Source of the DNA: Marsupella aquatica | Taxonomy: Eukaryota; Plantae; Marchantiophyta | DNA length: 64,000 bases | Direction of reading: 5' to 3' | NCBI GenBank assembly: GCA_973895155.1 | Contig: OZ316896.1 | Coordinates: forward strand, 15,934,576 to 15,998,575 | Part shown: positions 1 through 14,006 of the stretch, one piece after another | Layout of the letters: each line of letters starts with the position of its first letter | Position numbering within the stretch: position 1 is the first letter of the stretch | Notes under the pieces: model-generated | Databases searched by the model: none | The model's input: the letters and a program-made list of their open reading frames with translations, nothing else | Told to the model about the DNA's origin: nothing | Position numbers and translations under genes: made by a program

Positions 1-2663
1 GGGAAAGATCCATAGCCATTGGATTCAATTCGTTGTTTTCCCTGACCATTGATAGATGAAATGTGCTTCCCGCTGCCCCATAAATGCCCAGGCCCGACTC
101 CCTATGGGCCGACCCTCCTTGCACAGTGCAATGTACTGGCATAGGGCTCATATTTGTATAAATAAACCCTTTCCCTGTGCACTACACAATTGTCATTACA
201 GCCATTTTATTATTGCAACAATTTCATTGTTGCAATCAACTATCATTGTGACCATTTCATTGTTGTGGCCATTTTATGTTTGGGGCCATTGTGTCCTTGG
301 TCAATATGGTTTGCAAAAAAGAATTTAGGATTTAGTGTTAATGTAAGTTGGAAGAAATACTTCAGAGAGAGAACAGAAAAAGTAAGAACTTTAGTTCTCC
401 CCTCAATAGCTTTTTCTCCACTTCCTATAAATCATGTATTGTCAACTCAAAACTCTAATTTGTATTGTTGTTTTTCTAAAAGTTTACTTTAGGTGAATGG
501 GGCAAACATGTGTCCAAAAGTAATGTGGGGTCTACTTAGATTTTCTTGTTAGACCCACCTACCCAGCCATATGTCAACTCACATTTAATTTCTAATCATC
601 TTGATATTAGAATCATTTTATGTATATTAGTGCCATAGTCTAGGTGTGAGTGGAAGCGCATGTGTGCCCCAAACTAGTACATCTATTATTCTTCTTTCAC
701 CAGATCTCATGGACAAGAATATTTAGGTTTTAAATCCAAGTGTCATAATGAGTTCCCTCCAAAGGTGCATTTTGTAAGCAGACAATAAGCAAAAAAGGCA
801 GGATTGTGTATCATAGTGAGTACATTAGTTGCAGTTTTAGAACCAGTGTCACTCTTGCCTGATAAATTTGCAGTCTATACAGTTAGCTGGAAAATTGGGC
901 ACAGCAGTGATTCTCTAGTTTGCAATTTTTGTCAAAATGTTACCTCCTGTCACCACTACTAGACAAGGAAGTAACCACCATTAGACAAGGAAAAAGGAAC
1001 CATTTTGAACTGTATTTGATGTCAGGAAAGTTGTACAATTTCTACTAGCCTGATTATCCATTCTTTGAACTTAAATGGAGATTAAGGAAAAAAAATCTTG
1101 TAAAATAAATATACTCTTGTTCATCTTTGCCTCCATTCTTTTTTTTTCCACCTTCACTTCTATTTTGTCTTGATTGAGTCACTTTTTAGTTTTGTCATAA
1201 TATAGAGTTAATGTCAATTTGTTAATGCTTGCTCGCATTCCTGTTTTGGGTCCACCTTCACTTTCCAGTTTTTTTTTCACTATTTTCCTATTGATAATAC
1301 GTAGATCCCGCCTAGTTTCAGTCAGCAGTAATATTGGGAATTCTCATCATCCACTTAGTTGACAAGTACATCTAATTAACAAAGCGCGATCAATGTTTTA
1401 TCCACTCACAAAGTACAAACAAGAAAGGGAAGTATGCATGAACTGGATCAAAAGGCCGATGACAGCCCAAAAATTGATTAGCCACACAGCCTAGTCATGA
1501 AACTGCGGGTGAGTTGACAAAGCGCTCTCTTGACCAAGGGGTTGTTTGGTTTGGAACTCTTGATGACCCTAGGGTGAGGCACCTTGGGAAGCCTCCTTGC
1601 AGTTTGAGTCTGTATTCTAAACATTAGTAAATGAAGTTGGGTTCGAATGTTAAATCACCCTGAATTTGAGTGAAATCATGATGGACTCACCTGAGATTGA
1701 CCAATGTTAATTCACCCTCAGTTTGAGTGAAAATAGTCAAAATACCGACCACTTTACGGGAAACCCTACAGTCTAGGGACTAGTCTTTAGAGTTTCCATA
1801 GGGGCCAAAATACTCAAAATTTCACCTCACTATAGAAATCTTATCCATTTTTTCTGGCTAAAATTAGCTAAGTTTTTTGTCTGATTAGCCAGTTTCACAC
1901 CTAACCACTGAACCACAGACCCCGGTAGCAGATGACAATCCTCAAATCTAGGGGATCTAAAACTTAATCTACTCTTTCACACAAGGTGACATCCGCTTTC
2001 CCATCGTCACCCTGACGAAAAAGAAACATCTTAAAGAATTATCCTGCTAGTGACGCTACAACAGGCCCCTTCTGGATGACGCAACCTTGACTCGGTCAGC
2101 AGAGCTGACGCAGTCTACTCCTGGTCCAAAGTCCGTGATTAGTGACGATCACTTTAGGGGCCGCCTGACCGGGGTACTCCGTACTCCCGTACGGTGGTCT
2201 GGTCCCAAAACAACATTCTGTACTTCGTACTTTAGTTTTCTACTCGCGAAACCCATTCATTTCCACTTTTCAGTGGACCATATCCATGTGACAAGGATTA
2301 CGACATTTTGACACATGGAGAGCATGGCTCTGCCCTATGAATTTTCCTGGTACTGTAGGTCTTGGTTTGTGGTTCAGGTGACGGTAGATTCATAATTATC
2401 ACTTTTTTCGTTTTGTTTGGATTGGTTTATACCTTACTAAGTAATTGGGGATAGAAATTAACTCTTATGTTTCAAGGTCTAGAGTGAAGTCTAGATCTAA
2501 CTTTGTTAAGTTTCATTTAATTTTGGGGTGTAGAGAATGTGGACAAATCATAAATAAGTGTCAATAAGTTTTTTTAAAGATGCAAGACTTCTAGTCACTT
2601 ATGTTTACCTTCAACAGAATGGGTAGTCAGCTAGCTATTTTTATTACAAAGATGATGGAGACC

Positions 2664-2844
2664 AATTAAACCACAACTTCCCCTATATATAACCTGGGGA
2701 AGTGTCCAAGACCTCCTCCTTTTTTTACATTTCAATCATTGTTCTCCTCTAGCTGCCAGTTTGCTCCACAATTTCAGGAAAAATCTCCTTTTAATGGTAA
2801 CTACTGGTAACCCATAGCCTTTGAAGGGCAGTTGTGGTTTAATT
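2664..2844. repeat. Short element bounded by a ~19-bp inverted repeat (possible MITE)
   Basis: AATTAAACCACAACTTCCC at 2664 and GGGCAGTTGTGGTTTAATT ending 2844 are near-perfect reverse complements; no clear TSD. Confidence 0.35.
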
Positions 2845-5800
2845 CATAAGGCAATAGAGTAAAAGCAAAGAGAAGACACACACAATATGTTTTTATTGCA
2901 CTTGTGAGTCCTTTGGAACTTCCAGTAAGGATGAACCCTACAACCCAAATGGGTTGTGACACCCTTTTACATTTTCACTGGTTGACACCCTTCTCATTTG
3001 CAAAAACTATTTAGCTGTCTTATCTAAAGCAACTGGCGTGTTCTTGGGTTTGTTATAAGAGGCTTTGAAAGATCTTTCAAATGAGTCTAATAAAGCTAGT
3101 TTTCATGAAGAATTAAGAGAGCTAGGCAATTGTAAAGATTACTCTATCAGTCACTATCCACACTTTGCCTTTGTAGGAGTTTTCCAGTAGCAGACGTCTA
3201 CATTCTATATCTCCCTTGATATCCAATGGAATCAAATATTCTTGTGCTTGTTGAAAACAATTTGAAAGATCTTACCAAGGAGCCTAATATTGTAAAGTTT
3301 CATTCAGAATTGAGAGACCTTCTAATTTCCAAATATGACTTCCTTATTTTCTTGTCATGTTTCACTCACTAGTGTACTATTCACCATATGAAAAGAAAAG
3401 AGGGTTTCCATGCCATATATCATGGTTGTGAAAGTCTATCTGAGCATTCTGGCAAACATTTGTGTCCTTTTGGGTTTCAATTTTGGGTCCTTTAAGTAAC
3501 AAAAATTCTTTATTCTTGTGGTATAGATAAAAAATTTGCCCAGGCATTGCACATGAGACACGTGTGAAAGGAGAGAGGAACAAATCACCAAGGCATATGT
3601 ATACTAAACCATTTGTCTGATCACCCCAAAAACATGCGCAGAAAATTCATCAGAGTAGGTTGTTTTGCCAGTTCTTTGAGGTCAGAATTTCAGATTGCTA
3701 GCATATATCTGAATCACATATAGTGCAAGTTGAAGCTCAACCAAAACAAAAATGCACGTCACTCCAAGTGTTAGAAGGGTGGCTTTCTAGAAATGGTACT
3801 CTTTTCAACTAACTCAAAAGGGCCATATACGGTGTAACAAATGTAGTGCGTACTTTTACAAATGGACATGATTGTTAAGTTAGCGTCATAAATGTGGAAC
3901 TACCTAAAACCATTGAAGGTTTTCTACATTTCTGAAAGCTAACATGGGTACTTCTGTTAGGATAGACCGGTTCACTTAGTTTTGTCAGTTGACTCAAGTC
4001 ATATGGTGGGTATTCCCATGTACCCCAGTTTGCGCTTTGGTCACAGAACTTTGGAAGGTGAAAGTACAGACTGAATGGAAAAGTTATTCTACGCCAAAGT
4101 TAAAGCACAATGCCTGCCTATGAGTTGCACACAGAATATTGTGGTCGGGCAAAGAAGTGTTATTGGGAAATCACCTTTTCATTTCCTTGGGCAGTTTTTT
4201 CGTAACAAGATTGGTTCTGGATGATGGTATTTGTACTTATTTCAATGATTGGATTTGTATTTGAATAGACAAATGGCGCTTTAGATTTGAAGTAACTCTT
4301 CATTCTTGAAAGAAAAGGAGTGGAAAGAAAAAATGTAAACTCATAGCTCTCTCATCACTCTCTTTCTCCCTCTTTGGACACTTTTTTGGTCCAAGGACAT
4401 GGAACTTGCCCGCACAATGAATGTTCTCTCCCATAGTACTATGTGCCTAAATAAGGAGATCTTCTTGCTACAGGAAAACCACAAACACCATTGCAAAAAC
4501 AAATCCCTTGTTGTGTCTGCTCAATAGTTGACTATTGGTGGAGACATGGAAATTGTAGAGGTATTTTATATGTCATCTGTGCACTGTGTAGGTGTGTCAT
4601 CCAGGCAAGGAAATCATTCAAGCACGGAACTACCATGAAGGCAAGGTGGACTTGCTACTGTGGCTGGGTTGTCAATGTGGTTGTTGTAGAAGTGTTGCGA
4701 TTTGGTCGTGGCAATCATGTTGTGGTTACAAAAGTGTCATTGTTTTGATTGGGTGATTGTTGCTATTTAACTCTTGTCATTTTGGTTGATGTTGTTGTTG
4801 CAAAAGCAATGTTGTTAGGGAGGGCGAGGACACATAAGATAAGCGATGGTGGTGACTGCATTGTCAGATCCAAATGCAGTCAAAGAGCCTAGGAGAATGT
4901 TTTCTTCGTCCTCTTCTTCTCCTTCTTGGTTCATTCCCCCCTTCCCTTCCCTTTCCTTTCTTTCATTGTCTTCTTTTTCTTCTCTCTCCCCGCCAATCTC
5001 CCTCCCATTTCTCGTCTCCCCAGCCACATGCGAGCAAGGTGGAGGGTGCAGGGGCACATCAGGGAGGAAGGGAGAGGGTGTCATTGTGGAAAGGCATAGG
5101 GTGACATGCAGAGGGGGAGGCACAAACAGCCAAGAAGTGGGGGAGGCCTTTCTGGCTGATCAAATTGTGACCAAAATGGTGTTTTGGAGAACAGTCAGGA
5201 TTTCTTCCCGCCCAAAGGACAATTTGTAAACATACCGGTCCAGCAGGATGCGCAGAATCAGATAGTATAGTGTTTGATTTGCAAACATTTGCAGATACTT
5301 ATACAAATTGACATCATTGCGTGGTTAGGGTCATTGGTTTTTGAAGGTTTTCCCATTTCTAATGCTAACATGGTTGTTTGTGTTAAAAGATACCAGCACT
5401 TAGTATTCCAATCTACACAGTTTGCACTTTTGGTCAGAGAACTTTGAAGAGTGGAATGTACAAATTGAACAGAAAAGTTACTACTACCTGCTAAAGTTAG
5501 AGGATAATATATCCGACTTGCCAAAAGTCCATGCATTCCATCATTGCACGAGTGGCAAGGCAAGCTAGGTAAAGGCAAGGAGGGTGAGGCATGGTTGGCA
5601 AGGAGCAGGGAGGTGTTTTTGGCCGATAGAATGGCTACAGAAAAACTTTTTATCACAGCAAATGGCCAGGATTTCTTCTTGCCCTTGGGCCACACAAATG
5701 GGCAGGATCCGACTTTATAATGTTTGATTTGCAAGACTTTATAATGTTTGATTTGCAAAGCCTGCCTCTATTCCAAGATGATTCATGTCTCTCGACCAAG

Positions 5801-7350
5801 GTCCTACTAACAGTCTTCTAACTAAGGTTTGATGATTTTGTGGCATCATGGAATCCGATAGGCAACTTTCTCTACATACTCCTGCCAGATTTGCAGCATG
5901 TCTTCACTTGAGAAACGTTTACTAGAGAGGTATTCCAGAACACTTAACCATGGACCAATTTGACAAAATCATTATCAAACTCGCTGAACATTAAGAAAGA
6001 TCATCACAAACTGAGCTGAGGCCAGCTTTTTGTGAACCTCTTTGAGGACGGGTTATCATCGTGGGCCTTAAAGTCCGTTGTATTGAATGCCTTCTAGCAC
6101 AAAGAATGTTACGTTCGACCCCAACCTTAACACGACAATAAAATTTGTCAAAAGGGAATGCTATACCAGGTGACAACTATCACAGGAAGAGTTTCTTGGT
6201 CACGTGACCACTATCATATGAAGAGTTTCCTGGTCGACCATAACAGTTATATCTAAGTTGACAGTCTCCATAATCTCGGTGCTATTGACATCACTGTCCG
6301 CTTGAGAACTCATTCAAGAGTGGCTAATCAGGGCAGAAAGATTAACCGGCTCTCATTCGAGAGATGTGCTTCTTTGGCATTTGGCAAAGGGTTGGGAGAA
6401 GTTTAGCCTATCTGACGTGCAGCTATCGGCACAACGAACAGAGGATCTATCTATTGCAATAACGATCGGAACTGAAATTAGTCTCCACAGCGTCTTTGAC
6501 CTGCCAAAGATCACTGGTAGGCTCCCTGGATCTTGATCACTACCATCAAAGACGGTCCCGAGAGTTCCCTCAGCATTTGAACACGACGCCCTTGATTTAT
6601 TTCCACAGCTCTGGTCTAGAGACAACTCAAGCCAGAGGACTTACTAAACGTGCTTAAGGTTATGAAATTATGGAAATGTTGCCAACGACGCTCTGCACTC
6701 TCGACTGTTAACCTTTTGATCATGATTTCTAATCTCATACACGCCCAGGGTGTTTAAGACATCCGTTAAAATCAATTCCAAGAAAGAGGCTGTAGGCCCC
6801 GCACAGGATGACTCACATGAATTAGGCATTCTTCGAACACCTACCGTATGTACCCTCTCCCGTGCCATGTTGGGCCTTACTTAACATGGGCTCTTGAGTC
6901 ATTTCCCTAATTGGCTAAGATCTTGCTCAGAAAGTACAAGGGGAGGAGATCTCGGGCTGCACTACGTAAGCACCTGACAACCGACCTGCTCCTTCTTTAA
7001 AACTGAGAATAAAATACGTTTCAAGCCACGAAAGAGGCCCTGGAATGGACCAAAAGGAAGTAGACCCAAAACTGCGCACCTAGCAGTTCTGGACAGAATC
7101 CCGGTTTGAACCAGAAGCCCTTCGTGCTACATTTTCGGGTCGTTGCAGGTGCCTGGGCTAAGCCATCCCCAGACTTCCCCGTTGCCTTCAACAATGTACA
7201 ACTACATAAGTTGGTCATGCTTGTCAAGCGAAAGACCATTTCAGCGCACCACCAAGACCTACAAAACCGAAAATTTCTTGCTAGACAATAGATACCAGGT
7301 GTGCACCCTCGTTGAATAGACGAGTATCCCACCCCAGGTTCACGGAGTCA

Positions 7351-10300
7351 TCAGTTAACCGGCATAGAAGATCTTAAGGGTCCATGCTTTTGCCTGCACA
7401 AGTCCAATGTTTGGAAAGATCAAAATGCAAATTCGTTCTGTCACCCAAGTAATCAAAGAAACATTAGGAATTGTCAATTTCAGGGTTGCCATCGGAAGCG
7501 AAATATTGTGAAGGAAGAGGACCATGCACAGGTACAGAAGCAAAATAAAACGTGGGCTGGTGCTGCTTGGCTTCAAGATAACGAAGGAATTGGAGGTTTC
7601 TTTTAATCACAACAGCAGTGTCCTTAACGGTGCATAAGGAACAGTTGAAATAATAAAGGATAGAAGAACCTGTGGCTAAGGTGAAGAGCAATTACCAAAA
7701 AGAATCCTTCTTTTCTTGAGCTAGTAGCTCTTCAAAGGAGATCTCTACATCTTGAGAATCAATTTTCTCTATCAACTGTCCTGTGTTTGGTTGCAGTTCA
7801 AAATGGGTCCTCCCGTACTCAAGCATCTGCAATGTTTTACATTAAACCGTAAGAACTACCAATTACGACCAACATCCTCGAGCTTCCAAAGTCGACAAAG
7901 CTAACGTCACAACTTATGCTCGAGTTGTTGAAACTACAATTTTGAATTCTACCATGCTTCCCGGTCTTGAGAAGTTATAAAAATTCACAAATGCAGTGTC
8001 GCATCACTGGCTTCACATAAACTTGCAGCGTTCCATTGTTGTTTCGGTCACTCTCCAGACGGTACCTTCTGATAAGCTGGTGAGAGCTTCAGTTGCTCTT
8101 GTAAGCGATTGTAGACTACAGTATCCTCCTCGAGCTTCTTCTGCTCTATCTCCAAGCCATATATCTGCTCAAAAAGTTATAAGATAAGAAGGTTACAACT
8201 AAGATCCCAGACAACTACCGACATTTGACTGAAGTGGTTGCCCAAAGGCTCAAAACGTTATTGCTGTAATATGGTCTAATTCGCACATTCCATTAGATGT
8301 ATACATCAGCCTAGCAAGCAACACAGTACAATATTCTTCCAAAAGTGCAAAGTAGCCTGTATAGAACTAAAACCCACCTGCCCACACAGTCGATCAAACG
8401 ATGATTTATCAGCTTTTGATAATAAAGACTTTGCAATTGTAAATCTCCGTTGAATTGTGTCAGATCTAATACAATCCAAAATCAAAGGGCCGATTAGCAA
8501 ACACACTGAAAGCTGGAACACAACATGTCGACCATACTTCCAAGCGAGATTTAATGCTTGCAGATGGTCATCCTGACTGCAGTTTTACTAGCTAGACTTC
8601 AGCAGAACTTTCACAATTCTATCAGACAAAGTTGGGAGATTATTGGAAAGTAATAGCGCCAGGAAAACTCAAGGTTTAGGAAGTCTACACAGCCGTACAT
8701 TACAACACAAACTATTACTTCGTTGGCAATGAAGTCAACACATGTCGCCAGTGTCCGAATAATAAACTTGATTATAAACAATGGCAGACTCGAACTATAC
8801 ACCAGGCAAGCTTGAAGGCATCTGAACTAGCGATACGAGACCTCAGAAAGCTAGTTAAGACTCACTTTTGCTGCAAAGCAGTTTTAGCCTCCACTAAGCA
8901 GGTTGTGAACCGCCCAACCTGCAACCAATAAAGCTTGTATAAATTTCTCTAGACGCTGTCTCGACGTTGTCGAGGCAGGCTGATATGAAAGAAATCATCT
9001 CTGAGAGAATTCCTTTACCTTGAAAGTAAAGAATGGAACGAGATTAAGTGCACTTTAGACACGATCTTCAGCATCTTTTGGTCATCTCAGATAACAGGAC
9101 AGTTCCTCGATGAATGAATTGTGAAGAATAACAAACCTGAGCAAGAGTGAGAGTCCTCGCAACATTGGATCGCACAAGTTCATCGTATTGTTCCTTTATT
9201 TTACGCTGCACCATACTACCTGATGATGTGAAAGGATATGGACAACTACTTGAATGAGTAGCTCCCTTGGACGTCCCACATGTGCAACCAATTTCTGACT
9301 CTGCTGACAAGGGCATTGTCTCCACGGCTTCTATGCCATTCTTCCTATTCACATGCCGTTGCTGACTTTCTAAGCCAGCTGCTGTAGCTGCCACGGCTGC
9401 GGCCTTTGCCTTCTGTCTCCTCCCACGATTCTTCTTCTTCCGCTTCTCTTTTTTGTTCCCATCGCCTTCATCCTCCTCTACTGGTTCAGGTATAGGATGA
9501 CGTTCATCCCCCTCCTCGGGAAGTTGTTCTGATCCGCTTCCCTCCCCTCGAGCGTCCTCTTCCAGTACTGCATCCGCCTTTTCAGATGAGCAAGCCCTAC
9601 TCGGCGCCTCTGAAGACGTCCCCCCTGGACTATTCGTCAGTCCCATTCCAACAGCTTTTCCTCCAATAGATTCAACGCTCAGTGCAGCAAGTGCAGAAGC
9701 AATCTCTGCTGTAACACCCTTTGGGCAGTCTTTCATGGACCTGCCTTTGGCACCCCCATCAAGAACACTTATTCGTAAAGAGCCAAGGCCATCCAAGGGC
9801 AAACCGAAGGAAATGGGGTTCTGGCCAGCCTTCAATGCAGCCAAACTGGGACCCGGACAATTACCATGAGTGGGAACAACACTTAGATTGGAAGTAGCAC
9901 TCCAGGTCCCGAGCTTAGCTTTCGCTTTCGTAGGAGAGTTCACACTGACAGTCTGCCCATTCGCCTTAGTCTTGCAAGAAACCGGGGCTAAAGAATTGGA
10001 AGAAATCGTGGTAGGCGATCCAGACCCACCTGTTCGGCTCTCCGAGGCAAGGGAACAAATTGCTTGCACTGATGAGGACCCACTATGAATTGTTCCCGTC
10101 TCGTTCCCAGCAGACGATACATTCATTTTGGGACCAATGCTGGACACGGACATCACCGTACTGACATCCGAAGATCCACAATCACAATTATAAGGGACTA
10201 CTGTAGATACGGGTGCAAGGCATGCTTGAATGTCGCCAACTTGTACATTTTGACACGAATCTCCATCCGAGGCATTACTTCCTGTAACATTGCTAACGTT

Positions 10301-11299
10301 CGCCTCAGTCAATTCATATGTCGAAATGGGACCACAAGAGACACTACTGGTGAGGCCTGACGTCAATGCTGAGGCTACAGCTTCAACATCAGCTTCCTGT
10401 GACTGTATAGCATTTTCCAGCCCAGAAGAGGCCGCAGCGGCAAGATTGACAAGACTCTCAAGATTGGCATTCGTTTCCAACTTCAGCCGTACTCCCGTGG
10501 CCCTAGGCAAGGATCCTCCTTGACCATCCTCTATTGTCGAAGGAGACATAAGAATTTCAAGAACGAGTCTCTGTTGAGAAACCTGCTTCCCTCGTTCACC
10601 CTCGCTCCCCATCGCTGCAGAGGACCGAGACCCTGAACTCGAAGATGACGAGGAGCTAGAGGGTTCACCCGCGGTTATGGTGGCTGTGATCGTGGTCATG
10701 CAATCCGAGTCTTGTCCTCCAACGACCGTGCTAGGGGACGCAAGAAATGATCCTCCAGAACAGCCTGTAGCCGCAGACGAGGCTGCCACTAAAACGGGTG
10801 GAGGTGAACTGGTGGCCCCTGTTTTCCTTTCTGATTCTTGCGGCCCTCCGTTTCCTCCGAAAAATCTTCCACCATTAAACCATCCTCGCTGTAGCCCACT
10901 TGTAATTCCTTTCCGGCTGCTGGTAAGCCCAGACAAACATTCTAGCGAGCTAGAACTCAGAGCGGATTGCCTATATGCGGCATCCATGAGAGGTTGCAAG
11001 AGTCCAGCGGCTGTTGACAATTTAGGGTTGCCTTTGGCTCGTGATTGGGAGTTTTCTTCACTAGTCCCCAGCAATCGGCGATTTCGCACACTCCCACACA
11101 TGCAGCACAGCTGCGAATCTCCGCACCGATATTGGTATCGAGTCTGCTCTTGATTCTGCTGCAAGGAGCGGCGCGTGAGTTCCTCCAGGTGGGCACATTG
11201 CTGCTCCGCGTGCACGTCCAGAATGTGGACAGCTACAATCAGAATGAGAGCTGCCACCACAAGAACTCCGGCCACAACCAGGATCAACCAGACCGGCAT
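7351..11299 (-). CDS. Uncharacterized plant protein, ~858 aa: N-terminal transmembrane helix, long Ser/Gly-rich low-complexity region, C-terminal coiled-coil domain. Exons 11299-9137, 8918-8866, 8465-8378, 8164-8066, 7826-7696, 7393-7351
   Basis: The 743-aa ORF supplies exon 1. Five further GT-AG bounded exons keep frame (2577 nt total) and read ...QRKIKEQYDELVRSNVARTLTLAQ/VGRFTTCLVEAKTALQQK/SDTIQRRFTIAKSLLSKADKSSFDRLCGQ/IYGLEIEQKKLEEDTVVYNRLQEQLKLSPAYQK/MLEYG...ISFEELLAQEKKDSFW/QKHGPLRSSMPVN*. From memory this C-terminus matches a conserved land-plant protein of unknown function. The last exon is the least certain. Confidence 0.85.
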
Positions 11300-13000
11300 C
11301 CTGCCCTGTCAATTCCTATCGAGGTGCCGATAGTTGTGCCCGATTATTTCAAGAGCGAAACTGCGTCAATTCGAGTTCAATGAAACCGATCCCTCGTGTG
11401 AAGAACCGGTCGACCATCTTCTCAGCCAAATGCAGTAAAGCGACCCAACGCTCAGACCCCGCTGCCCCTGCACTTTGACTCTAATATCCTGGCTTCTAAC
11501 TTCTGCGCTTCTGGTGTCACGATGTCCACCACAGCTAAGACCTGGTCTTCTTCAAACCTAGCGTGCACAGAACTAGAAAAATAAATTCTTCAAACCTAGC
11601 GTGCACAAAACTAGAAAAATAAAGATCAATGACATAAGAAAAGGTCTTCTGCTTTTATTCATGAACCTGTGCAATGTCGATATACCTTGAAAAGGTAAGC
11701 AAATTTTATGACCAATGGAAAATGTCTCCTAAGTTCATTCACGTATATCTAACTTATCGATTATACTTCGGCTCAGTGGCGTCCATGCAAACCCTCTTCT
11801 TGGACAAGTGTGACTTGCTTTGGCAAAGTGAATTGCATCTGATATTATTGTCACGTGATATTGTCACTATATCTCATCATTAAGAAGAAGAATCCAAGAA
11901 GGTTTTCAGCATGCCAAAAAGATCCAGTCCAATTCCACGGAATGAGGTCCGAAGCCCGGCCTCAATCTGAAAGTTTGATTACAATTCCAGACGACATACT
12001 CTCGATCCAGAACAGGCAACAACGGAACCGCATAATAAGCATGGCACCGATCTTAGCTCCCTCGGACCGCTTCCCGGCCAAGGAGAAGTCAGAGAAACCG
12101 ATGCAGATAAACTTCTCGCACCCTCAACTTGCTTTCAAACTCACTCACCCCCTCAGCTGACCATGTCCTCCCCAAAGTTCACAGGCAAGATATCCAGTAA
12201 TTTGCCCTACGCGGAATGCGAAAAGCAGGCCAATCGTATCACTCGCGAAGCCCTCACAACACCACTACAACACAGCCAGAAGTGGGGAAAACACAACGAC
12301 AGAAACAGAAACAGTAGTGCCAAAAGAAAACAATCTGCCCTATCTGGCTATCTCTCCCTCATTTAGGAAACGGTTTCACTCTTTCTCCAAATACACATTA
12401 CAATCCATTCCACACCACAAGGCTAAAGAGGAGGCCGACACGCCAAGTTCGTCATCGTCACGAAGCACCTACGAGAAAAGCTGACACACAAACACACCAA
12501 TGACTTCTAGAAGACGAAGCGGCAGCAGCAGCGGCAGGAGAATAGAGAACCACATACCTTTCACCACGACAATCGAATGCGCCTCGACGACGATGCACCG
12601 ATATTCGCAGATCCGTACTTGGACAGACCAATGTCACCAATGTGCTTCCACCCACACGAGCACCACCATCACGCAGCTCGATGTACCTCCGACCTTTGGC
12701 CGTCCCCCGCCTCACTTTTCTCTTTCTCTCTCTGTGGAACAATCGCCACAGACTCACAGAGGATTTCGTGGGCGCTAAACGGCTGACGATCTCGCTGAAT
12801 CCTTTGACTCCATCGCCAGCCCTCGTGCGCACGGCGGGTCTCTGTTCCCGACTTCTCGTCACCTTTCATGGCCGAGGCGACGACGACCAACGAGGGACAC
12901 GTATTATTTTCTTTCTATTTGGTGTTCCGTTTGTTGCCCGTGCCCAGGACGACTGGGTGGGTGCCCAAGATTTCTGGCTCAAACAAAACGAGGGACACTC

Positions 13001-13200
13001 GTGCCGTGCCGGGCCGGGCCCAAGCCGAGCCAGACAGACCAACGAGGGAAATGAGCCACACCGAGCCCAAGCCGAGCCGAGCCAGACTACCAACGAGGGA
13101 AGTGAGCCGTGCCGGGCCCAAGCCGAGCCAGAGCCAGACATACCAATGAGGGAAATGAGCCGTGCCGAGCCCAGCCAGGCAGACCAACGAGGGAAATGAA
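13001..13200. repeat. GC-rich minisatellite, about 4 units of ~40-52 bp, upstream of the 7351-11299 gene
   Basis: Recurring GAGCCGTGCCG(G/A)GCCCAAGCCGAGCC-AGACAGACCAACGAGGGAAAT unit. Confidence 0.85.
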
Positions 13201-13269
13201 TCAGTCCGATTAAATGCGGGTGTACGGCAACAAAACGCGTGTGGTAGTCAACTGGCTTTTCATTTATTA

Positions 13270-13301
13270 CTAGTGTGTACGGGCCCAGTGCTTGGGACAC
13301 G
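13270..13301 (-). mobile_element. Putative Helitron 3' terminus
   Basis: Minus strand reads CGTGTCCCAAGCACTGGGCCCGTACACA-CTAG|T: a degenerate GC hairpin followed by CTAG and then T. Confidence 0.4.
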
Positions 13302-14006
13302 CCAACACGGGGTCATTTCATGGCGCAGTTTAATTTTTCAAGACTTGGCAAACATAGTGCAAGTGGCAGAAGTAATTTACCCTGGATTTTGAGGGACAGG
13401 TTTGAATAAATTCACTAGTGCACAATGTGCTCATCTTTATTTTTTGGCTGGTATTCTTGAAAGGCACATATGTGTTTATGCACTATCACCTTTTTCCGAT
13501 TGAACACTCATCACGTTGGTATTCTTGAAAGGCACATATGTGTTTATGCACTATCACCTTTTTCCGATTGAACACTCATCACGTTGTCTGGCCTGCTTTT
13601 TTTGTCATACTCCACACCTCCACACCACACTGGATAATGTTTATGCAATCAATGCATAAATCTACTAACATGGATGATGGTCATCTTGAGGTATTTGCTT
13701 AATTAACCCCCAAAATGAAACTTGTTACTTGATCAACCCCCTGAGATCTATCAACGATCCAGATCTGAGATTGAAAGGTCCATGAATGGTCCAGATTGGG
13801 GAAAAGTATCGAGGGGGTTGATTAAGCAAACTTTTTCCAGAAGGGGGTCTACTAAGCATATCTCTCTGGTCATCTTACCCTCCCATGCCAATACTGCACC
13901 TTGGAGTAGCCCTTTGACTCTTTCTGCACACCACTAGGCAGTTTAATTTTTCAAGAATCGGGCAAACGTAGTGCGAGTGGCAGAAATAGTTTACCCTGGA
14001 TTTTGA

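Noticed and set aside
651-678. Hairpin-like sequence followed by CTAGT (possible Helitron end)
   Set aside because: Stem too degenerate and no other supporting feature.
4815-5229. Overlapping ORFs of 76-127 aa
   Set aside because: They arise from a pyrimidine-rich low-complexity tract; no recognisable domain.
4020-5510. Diverged ~100-bp direct repeat (~4026 and ~5417) as possible LTRs
   Set aside because: No TG/CA ends, TSD, PBS or coding remnants.
6353-7040. Alternative last exons for the 7351-11299 gene (acceptors near 6500 and 7040)
   Set aside because: The 7393-7351 exon is nearest and gives the family-like FWQKHG ending; the others lack support.
12458-13300. Cluster of ORFs up to 185 aa
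   Set aside because: GC-rich leader/promoter and minisatellite produce stop-poor frames on both strands.
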